Assembly: GCA_946965045.2 (NCBI GenBank)
Contig: OX337236.1
Coordinates: 3,472,001 to 3,536,000 of the forward strand
Direction of reading: 5' to 3'
Length of the DNA: 64,000 bases
From: Epithemia pelagica
Taxonomy: Eukaryota; Protista; Bacillariophyta
The notes beneath the pieces were generated by a model. The model saw only the letters and a list, made by a program, of their open reading frames with translations. It did not search any database and was not told the DNA's origin. Position 1 is the first letter of the stretch. Each line of letters starts with the position of its first letter. Shown here in pieces: positions 55,417 to 64,000 of the stretch. The translations under genes and the position numbers were made by a program.

Positions 55417-58400
55417 AATTCGTGGTGTTTTCGCCGTCTCTGTGAGCAGCAATCGAACGGATGGTATCATTCTCTTGAAGGTGTGGGTATCCGAGATGCT
55501 GATATCTCACACTTCTTCACATCGACATGAGCTCGTAAACGCGCAAGGTCCAATACTCAAAGTGGTGATGAAGGGACGGATGAAGCCTAGACGTTTATTT
55601 CTCGAGTGGTTGACTTCTTTTCTACATTCGATTGCAATCCTAGAACCTAGTAAGTGGTTACTCAAAAGTAGAAAGAACATGTTGCAAGATAGAAGGTGCT
55701 TGCTTGTTGTCAAAGACGTGGAAGGAACGACCAAATTTTGTGTCTCTACAAGTGGTAGTGCGACCACTGTGGTTGTGAGACCGTAAGACAAGAATCTAGG
55801 GCTTTGTGGTGGCATCTTGACACTTTGTAGGACACAGAGACATTGTCCATGGATCGGTAGCTAATGGTAGGGACACTCACACTCCAGGAAGGGAGAGTTG
55901 CGCATCGATGTCGTAGTCAAGGGCAATCCGGTTTGTTCACGCCATTTTGTGTTCATTACGATGGAATAGTGCAGAGTAGTTTTCCTGTTGGTGACAGGGC
56001 AAATCCATATATGTTTCATGACATGGTGGTTGCCGTGACTGTCAAGGGTGTTCCATCTTGTCGTTTCTTGGCATGGGATGCTGTTGCTACGACACAATTT
56101 TGCCGTGGACCACGACCATTGCCGGATCATTTGTTACCATCTAAACAATACTTGAACAGCGCCGAGGGAGACTCTCCGTAGTAATCGGTTGCGGTATTGG
56201 TGGACTTCTTGTCTGGATTGAGTAAAGAAGTATGTGTAGTCCTTGCGTTCCTTGTTGCATCGGCATCGTACTCGTCTGTATATGCACCTGGATGATGTTC
56301 TTGCTGTTCTGCTTCTGATTAGGTGCTGGTGTAAACAACGACTCCATGGTGTGGTTGTGGTATTATATAGTAGAGGAATCCGCATTGGCCTTGCATGATT
56401 CCTCGCTTCGTTCGTTGGATTGTGATAAGTCTGGAAAACCCCAAACTTGCAACACTCTGGTTCTTGTGGTGGTAGCTGGAGTTTGTGCTTGTGGTGGTCA
56501 TTGTCGCTGTTGACTTGTGTTGTTGATGAGATGGGTCGTGGTTGGTTCCTCCTTCTTGGAGCCACAAATCACTCGACGAATTTGAAGTATTGGTGATCAT
56601 GATGCTACTGTGTCATTTGTTTCGGTTGGTAGTTCTGTGGTGCTTTTCGTTTCCCCTTGTTCCAAAAAATGAACAGGTCGTGATAGTCGTCAGTTGGTCC
56701 GCCTGTTGGCAATGCATCGATGGAAACCATTCATTCGTTGCTATTGGCAATTACGCGAAGGAGGACAAAACCTGGATGCCTGCTGCGCATGCGACAATTG
56801 TTGTTGTTGCTGTTGTTTGGGTCCTGTTGGTAGATCGGGAATCCTGATTTTTCTCTTCTTGTCGTGCTCTTCAACGAACGTGCAGGGCGGTAGTTCTTGT
56901 TGATGTTTGGGTGTAACTGGTTGTAGTTGTTTTTGTGTTGTCGGCATCATCGTAGTACAATAGAATGACTGTGTTGTTGAACATTTGCTCCTTTCCGCCA
57001 CGATTTATGATTTTCGACATCTGTTGGTCGTGCTCCTTGTGTGGCTTGGTTCATGGTCTCGTGGTCGATGAATCCGACAAAGGACAAAACGGGTGGATCG
57101 AAAGGTCCGATCATGAGAGGAGCAGTAAAAGGACGAAAAGCACGACAAGCCAAAACCTTGTGGACCCCATAGTCCGCTTCTCTGATGCTTCTTTTTGGAA
57201 ATCGAGCATGGTTGGTTGCTGATTCTATACATTCCTCTTCGTCTTGTGAAGAAGGAATCATCGTTGATCGAGCAAAGATGGAATGGAACCGTCCTTGACA
57301 ATCAAGGGGAAGGAAGCTCCACATGAGACTAGGGCGGAGTCGTGATTGCCATTGTGGTGATTTCGAGCAAGACACATGGCTCCAGAAATGGTTGTTGCTT
57401 TTGGAAAATTGGGCAAAGACTGGTGGTAGTTGGTGCTGTTGATGTTGCTGCAGACTCACACCGCTTGTGTTTTTTTGTCGTTTCTGGCGTCGTCAGTCGG
57501 TTGGTGACGTCGTCCTTCTCGTTGTCTAGTAAAAAAGGTTTTCTTACTTGACGTCCCGACTGAAATGCGGTAGCACAATCCTCATGCTGGGCGTTGTGCC
57601 ACGACGATACCGCTCTTCTGTTTGTTGTTGCATCAAGGATTTCTTATCGTCACAACCAAATGTTTTCCATGCACAATAAGATGTCATGTTTCGACTCGGG
57701 ACCTGGATGTTGTTCTTGGTGATGGAACCATGCATTGATACGGATTCCGAATCACAACGACAAGAAAATCAAAAAGAAGCGTGACACTGTGGTAATGTGA
57801 ATGGCCCCTGTGACTTGGACCAACTACTTGGTCAACAACCGTCTGGACGACACGACGGACCAAAACAACCACACGACAGAGAGATGAAAAGGAGGAGGAT
57901 TTTTCCTAGCCCATGTGGTGGTCCTTTTGTTTGTTTCCACTAGAATTGGGCATGATTGATGTTGGAGCCGGTGGGGACTGTTTGGACGTTGGGCCTGACA
58001 GTTTTTACCATGGATTTTGAGCGCATGGCACCCATGCAACTCATGGCATGCTTCACGCTCGTGTGTTGGAATTGGTGGCGTCCTTTTGCCATTTTGACTT
58101 TGCGCTGTCGTCCCCGCTCTCGCAATGGAAGTCACCTTGAATATACCCACACGTGTTTGAAGCCTTGACCATAGTGGGAAACCATTTCCCATTTGCATTG
58201 AGACGCAATGCCTCGTTCAGTCCGGGTCCCCAAAGTTGCATCCGATCCATGTCTTCTTGACACTCGAGGCTTTCATCAAGGCTAGAGAACTGCACCACTC
58301 CCAGAGCTCGAATTCGGTTTGAAGAAAATATTATGATGATCATGCGCCGCCTTGTCCATCTTTCTTGTTGTTGGATCTATGAATTCGAATCTTTTTGGCC

Positions 58401-59321
58401 CAAAGATATCCTGTGGCTGTGGTTGTGTCATGCATTATTTGTGCGACCCACTCTTGCCCAAGATTGCGTACCTATAAGACAAACACTCCCCTGCGCAGGG
58501 ACATGTGTCCCTCGTGTCCCTGGGCAAAAACTTTTCTTCGCAAAGGTTAAAGGGCGTCTGCCCAAACAGGAATGTGGTGAGTGTTAGGTTTTAGAGGCTG
58601 TACCAAAGCCTCAGCAGACAGAGAGCAAAGAGGACAATCAGGAGTCACCAACTACGTAGCCAGTTCCCCACGGGTCAAGGAAAAGGCCAACAACTACTAG
58701 GAGAGTAGGTAGGACACAAAGAGAAATGATGAATGGTGAGATTTTAGATTGTGAGCTTTATTCTAGATTTGTATGTCTTTCCCCATGGCTGTCTTTGCTG
58801 CCACATAAGGTTATTATCCCCAGTACTGGGTACAGAGATCCTACGTGCATTTCTTCCCAAATGTACTAAGGCTACGAGGATCTACTGGGTCATATCTCTA
58901 ATGTACCGTGGCTACGTATCCTGTACGTATCCTTGGATGATTGTCCATTTCCCAATGACCACAGGTTCTCACATGTCTCTTTGATTCTCACATGTAAGCC
59001 AATGTTGGTAGTCCCGTCATGGTCAATGGCGCCAATCTCGTCTTCTATAGCATACCTAGAGAACTAGTTATGATAGTTCGAGTCTTGTCTACGGTGTGTT
59101 AAGTGAATCAACCACAAGAAGGTGTACTCCTTATCGAGACGACTCGATCGGATAACTATAACTTGTGCGATTTCTGATGGCTCAAATGCTTCAAGGCGTA
59201 CGAGTTCCGAAAATTTGGATCGTGTTGTTAATGTTCCACATCAGTCCGCAGCCATCAGCATCTCAAAACTGCCTTTCGATGATATCTCTTCATATATTCG
59301 TTGCAGTCATTGTGTGAAACC

Positions 59322-60557
59322 ATGCCCACGACGTTGAAAGAACAAGCATGGCAGTTGGGCCTAGTCCTTTTGGACGAGACACCTGAATGGAATTTCGAGG
59401 ACTGGCCTCCTCTTGTGGGTGGATGGCGAGAGCGTCATGCTTCGGTCGTACTTGATCATCCCGATACGGAGAACGACAACAACAACAAGAAACAAACGGT
59501 CGTCGTGTTGGGAGGATATCAACAAGGCCAAGGCGATGTCAATTCCGTTCTGCTATTGAATCTATCAGACCCAGACAAGCAATGGCAAGAAGGACCACCT
59601 ATGAACAAGAGTCGTCGTGGACATGCCGCTGTTGTGTGTAATGGAGCCATCTACGTGATTAGAGGATACAATGGAAACTCACGTCTGGATTGCATAGAAT
59701 GCATTGATGAAAACGACATACTACAATCATCCTTAACAACCACCACCACCCATGAGCCTCAATGGACGACATTGAACTGTCGATTATCAACGAAACGAGG
59801 AGGATGCTGTGCTGTCGCAGTTCTCAATCGATTCATTGTTTTAATGGGAGGACGCAACGGTAGGCAACACTTGTCGTCGGTGGACATTATGGATACCAGC
59901 AACCACATTGTCACTGCAGGACCATCCATGAATGTCCCTCGACAATTTTGTGCCAGTGCGGTCATTGGTCACCGCATCTTTGTCGTTGGAGGTCATAACT
60001 ATAATGGCCATTTTGACTCAGTTGAGTACGTGGACTATGCAACACCCTGTGACAATGATGAGACAAAAAAGAAGACTGGTTCAACATTCATTTCCTTATC
60101 GTCCACCTGGACCACTCATTCTGATTTAGTGCTTTCCAATGCACGAAGTTCTTGTGCAATGGTTGCCGTGGGATCTTGTCTGGTTGTTGCAGGAGGATGG
60201 GGCAATTCAACCGTGGAAGTCTTGGATACGAACCGCAACCGCGTGTGGAATCTTCCACCATTCGGAAATCACCGTGCTGGATGCAATATGGTGACTGTTG
60301 CCAATCAAGTTGCCGTTATAAGTGGCTTTGGCAATCCTTCCTGTGCAACATTTGGAATAATCGACAAGAATACGTGGTGTTTTCGTCGTCTCTGTGAACA
60401 GCAATCGAACGGATGGTATCATTCTCTTGAAGGTACGGGTATCCATGATACTGATATGTCACCCTTTTCTTCCTCGACATCCGGGTGTCTTTTGGGTGAA
60501 GGAATGAATATCCAACATGCTGATATTTCGAGCAAGGCCGGAGACATGCCGTGGTGA
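59322..60557 (+). CDS. Kelch-repeat protein, copy 13 (chimeric tail)
   Basis: MPTTLKEQAWQLG; six blades. Confidence 0.9.
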   Translation: MPTTLKEQAWQLGLVLLDETPEWNFEDWPPLVGGWRERHASVVLDHPDTENDNNNKKQTVVVLGGYQQGQGDVNSVLLLNLSDPDKQWQEGPPMNKSRRGHAAVVCNGAIYVIRGYNGNSRLDCIECIDENDILQSSLTTTTTHEPQWTTLNCRLSTKRGGCCAVAVLNRFIVLMGGRNGRQHLSSVDIMDTSNHIVTAGPSMNVPRQFCASAVIGHRIFVVGGHNYNGHFDSVEYVDYATPCDNDETKKKTGSTFISLSSTWTTHSDLVLSNARSSCAMVAVGSCLVVAGGWGNSTVEVLDTNRNRVWNLPPFGNHRAGCNMVTVANQVAVISGFGNPSCATFGIIDKNTWCFRRLCEQQSNGWYHSLEGTGIHDTDMSPFSSSTSGCLLGEGMNIQHADISSKAGDMPW

Positions 60558-63385
60558 TGAAGGGAAGAATGGAACTTGAAATTTGCAACGTACTGCATGT
60601 ATGTCCTACCATTAGCGGAACTAAAGCATTATCATTTTACTCTCAAACAGTAGTTGTATTGTTTTCTTCATGGCATTGCAACCTATAGAGATATCATGTA
60701 CACCGTTGTACTAGTAGAAAATGAAAGTTACACCATCCGGCATGAAACCGCAAACAGGAGTAAAGCCAGGCCTCGGGTAGATGTTCATGGTACCATGCCT
60801 CTCTGCTGTTGAATGGGTCGAGTAATCATGCTGTGGAAGATAATGGTTGCGTGCCTGAAACACTTGGGCTCAGTGACTCGTTTGGACGGTCGTCTTCTTC
60901 CCGACCATGCGTTGAATTGTGGGGTCCGGTCCTTCTACTAGTATGGCACATGACATTACCCCATCTCTCGATGCTTGTGGTTTCGGGTGACAGGACATTT
61001 GCGAACCCTTTGGAATTTTTGTGACACCATCGTGTTCGATATTTTCTCCAATACAGCAACTATACTTGATCATGAGGTCGGCAATTTGCATGCGTCGATC
61101 CAGCAATCAGTCTCTCCGTAGTGGCTCGTTGACAGTCCATGGGTATCGGTACATGGACATCAACAAGAACAATCGCAATACGCAAAGTTATGCCTTGCTC
61201 CTCAATGCCACTTCCGCCGAAACCTTGTTGCACGATTGCAACACTGTGGAACAGCATCAGTGTTGGATGTCGACCACTATACAACATTTGTGCCTCGTAC
61301 AGCGCCAACAAAACCACGACCCGCGCCGATCATTTCTTGGCTGTCGTCAAACAGCAGTGTTGGACCTCGATCACTACCAGAGTTGAGTCTCGTACCGACC
61401 TCAGCAGTACCAACAACAAAACCACAACCACGAATGGCGTCGATCATGTCTTGGCTGAAGTCTAGTAGAACTTGTTGTTGTTGCTATTTTTATTCTTCTT
61501 CTTCGTTGGATTCTGGTTGGTGTTGCTGCCTTGTCGTTCCACACCAACACCCAGCTTGAATCTTTGTATGTAGACTTGAAACGGCGATGCGACCTTTTCC
61601 CATAATTAATTCTTCACTAGGGAGTTGAATTGCGTTCCGTACTTCGACCCGTATTGTAGTACTGGAGAAGAATTCTGGTTCCCGTCCTAGTGTTCTTCTT
61701 TTTGTTCTTGTTTGTTGCGTACGATTTCTAGCTTGTTGCGATCAAAGTTGTCGTTGAGTATGGTGTTCTTCTTTCGTCCAGTGTGACAACAACAAATGCG
61801 GTTTGGTTGTTATAATTGCTATGGGGATCCGTCGTGGTTTCTTTCGTGGCTTGCGCTGCTGCTGCGACACTTGACGGTGTGTTTCATCCAATGCACAGTT
61901 GGTGATTGGCTGCAACGACCAAGACTTGGTAGTCGACGATATTGGGCTGTAGGAGCACTTCCCACATACAAGTCCAACGCCAAGAGAGACAAATCTCCGC
62001 ACTGTCCGCAAAGTTCTCGTCAGGGTTGACGAACATGATGCACTTCCATTTCGTCATACTAAGAGGGATCCATGTCATGTTGCGAGACACAACCAAACGT
62101 GACACCCCACTCCTAGGGAACGCAAATTTCCATTTGCACGGATTGTGGCAGTGTTTCCAGTGGTGGAAGATTGTTGTTTGGGTGGTCCGTATGTACGAAT
62201 CATCGATTTGGTTGGCACGACAACTTTGCGCAAACGGTTGTCTCGAACGGTACAAATGACATCTTGTCGTTGGTGCAACTCTGCGGTAGACGCAGTAGTA
62301 TTGTGGAATCCTGTCTAGTGATAGACACCGGTATCCTCGTCGGGTTGCCACACAAGATAGTGTGCTTCTGCTGCTTCGGGTGGATCTGGTGGTTGTGGTT
62401 GCTCCTCAGTGTTGTCGTCCCACGAAGATCGAATGCTGACACCTGGACGAATACTGGTGGGCGGTGGACAGTGTTAAGGGGCACACGAGATCCATTCTTC
62501 CTTGTCGTTTCCAGCAAACAATTGAATCGACAAGTGTGTTTTCAATCGGTACGACACGAATTGGTGCCGTGACCTGTAAGCCTGGATGACGGATGCGAAA
62601 GGCCTGAAATTGTTCCGCAAAGGACTTGTCGGCGGTGTCGGTGGCCTGTGCACAGGTGGAGGCCAAGCGCAACCAGAACAAGAACGACCCGAACCAGGAG
62701 TACCCACGAATCGTGGCAACGGGCTTGGGACAATGCTTCATCACCACCATTCTATGCTGCGTTCCCTTGTCTTTCTTGGTTGGAACGAGACTGCCACGCC
62801 CCCACAGTCAATTCGAAACAACAACCACAAGAAGAAGACAATGATGGTGATAATGACGATGATGCCAGACAGTGTTTGGCTGCATCACTTGGTTCCATTT
62901 CATTCCAGGTTTGGTTTCTTTCTCTGGTTCGTGGTAAGCCCATCGAGAAACGAGACGACATCCTCCCCAACCTTTGCTATTGCCCTTACAATTGCCTGTT
63001 TCAATGACTGGTGGGGAGAGGAAGATGACTGAGTTTTCACAAGATCACTTGTCCGTGACTGGTTGGGAAAGGTGCCAGAGATTCGGAAGAAGACAAATTA
63101 CAGATAGTGAGTGCTCACAACTGAACCGTGGATCTTCACCGCTGGGGATAAGTCCGAACCCATCAGCAATCACAAACGCCCACGATACTCCCAAGAAGGA
63201 TGCATGGTCTTCTTCATCGCGTTGCTACGGTCACGATTTGTCTCGTAACCCATCCATTTCGTCAAGATAGTCGTCGTGCTTCCAGTCCACACCCATCAAC
63301 ATCACAACGAAAGGAGCAGAGCAAACCTACGTGCGTCAAGACAGTGTCTCGATCCCCATAAATTCTGCAGTCATTGTTTAGAACC

Positions 63386-64000
63386 ATGACCACGACACTG
63401 AAAGAACAAGCACGACAGTCGGGCCTTGTCTTATCGGACGAGCCACCTGAATGGAATTTCGAGGACTGGCCTCCTCTTGAGGGTGGATGGCGTGTAGAGC
63501 ATAGTTCGGTCGTACTGAGTCATCCCGATAACAACCAAGAACAAACCGTCGTCGTGTTGGGTGGATATCGAACAGGTCAAGGCGAGCTAGATTCCATTCT
63601 TGTATTAAACTTGGCAGAATCGAACAAGCAGTGGCGAGAAGGGCCACGCATGAACCAGAAGCGTGATAGACATGCCGCTGTTGTGTGCAATGGAGGCATT
63701 TACGTGCTGGGAGGAGACAATGGAGGTTCAGATTTGAATTGCATGGAACGAATCGACGCCAATGATTTGCTTCGATCATCTTTGACAACCACCACCACGC
63801 ATGAGAGCAGTTGGACGGCATTGACATGTCGCTTATCAACGCATCGATTTGGATGTTGTGCTGTTGCGGTTCACAACCGATACATCGTTGTAATGGGTGG
63901 CCATAACAACGATGGTTATTTGTCGTCGGTGGATATTATAGATACAAACAACCACACTGTCACTGCGGGACCATCCATGACTGTTCCACGACAATTTTGT
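63386..64000 (+). CDS. Kelch-repeat protein, copy 14 (runs off window end)
   Basis: ATG ACC ACG ACA CTG AAA GAA CAA GCA CGA CAG at 63386; open through blades 1-3. Confidence 0.88.
   Translation, partial: MTTTLKEQARQSGLVLSDEPPEWNFEDWPPLEGGWRVEHSSVVLSHPDNNQEQTVVVLGGYRTGQGELDSILVLNLAESNKQWREGPRMNQKRDRHAAVVCNGGIYVLGGDNGGSDLNCMERIDANDLLRSSLTTTTTHESSWTALTCRLSTHRFGCCAVAVHNRYIVVMGGHNNDGYLSSVDIIDTNNHTVTAGPSMTVPRQFC

Noticed and set aside
57684-58343. Possible decayed sulfotransferase (VVIRNPY motif)
   Set aside because: One short motif in a stop-riddled frame; cannot be supported without an HMM search.
3189-63839. Many 60-170 aa ORFs overlapping Kelch genes in other frames or antisense
   Set aside because: Shadow ORFs that recur only because the underlying Kelch DNA is repeated; no recognisable domains.
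1-64000. tRNA, rRNA or other known ncRNA genes
   Set aside because: None recognised by eye; tRNAscan-SE/Infernal would be needed to exclude them.

Overview
Eukaryotic, non-prokaryotic DNA. A diatom or other stramenopile origin is inferred from the copia element style and the ankyrin fragment style; it is not proven. The window is dominated by a head-to-tail, all plus-strand array of 14 intronless six-blade Kelch beta-propeller genes. Two are cut by the window edges, one has an early nonsense codon, and several have truncated C-tails. The copies are patchworks of each other: near-identical 95-400 bp tracts are swapped blade by blade, the loops after each GG are hypervariable, and two alternative 5' modules and two alternative 3' modules occur in all four combinations. 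The spacers hold decayed kinase, ankyrin and WD40 fragments plus one open LRR gene fused to the kinase relic. Inserted elements: a full-length Ty1/copia element (identical 237-bp LTRs, 5-bp TSD, gag/PR-INT/RT in one frame split by stops, long hairpin over the gag stop), an intact hAT-type transposon with a 7-bp TSD, two MITEs, a 137-bp TSD-flanked insert, and an insert with inverted 10-bp-phased repeat arrays. The best candidate for an undescribed system is a recombination-diversified, possibly immune- or recognition-type Kelch repertoire; that function is inference only. All comparisons were made by eye, without alignment software.
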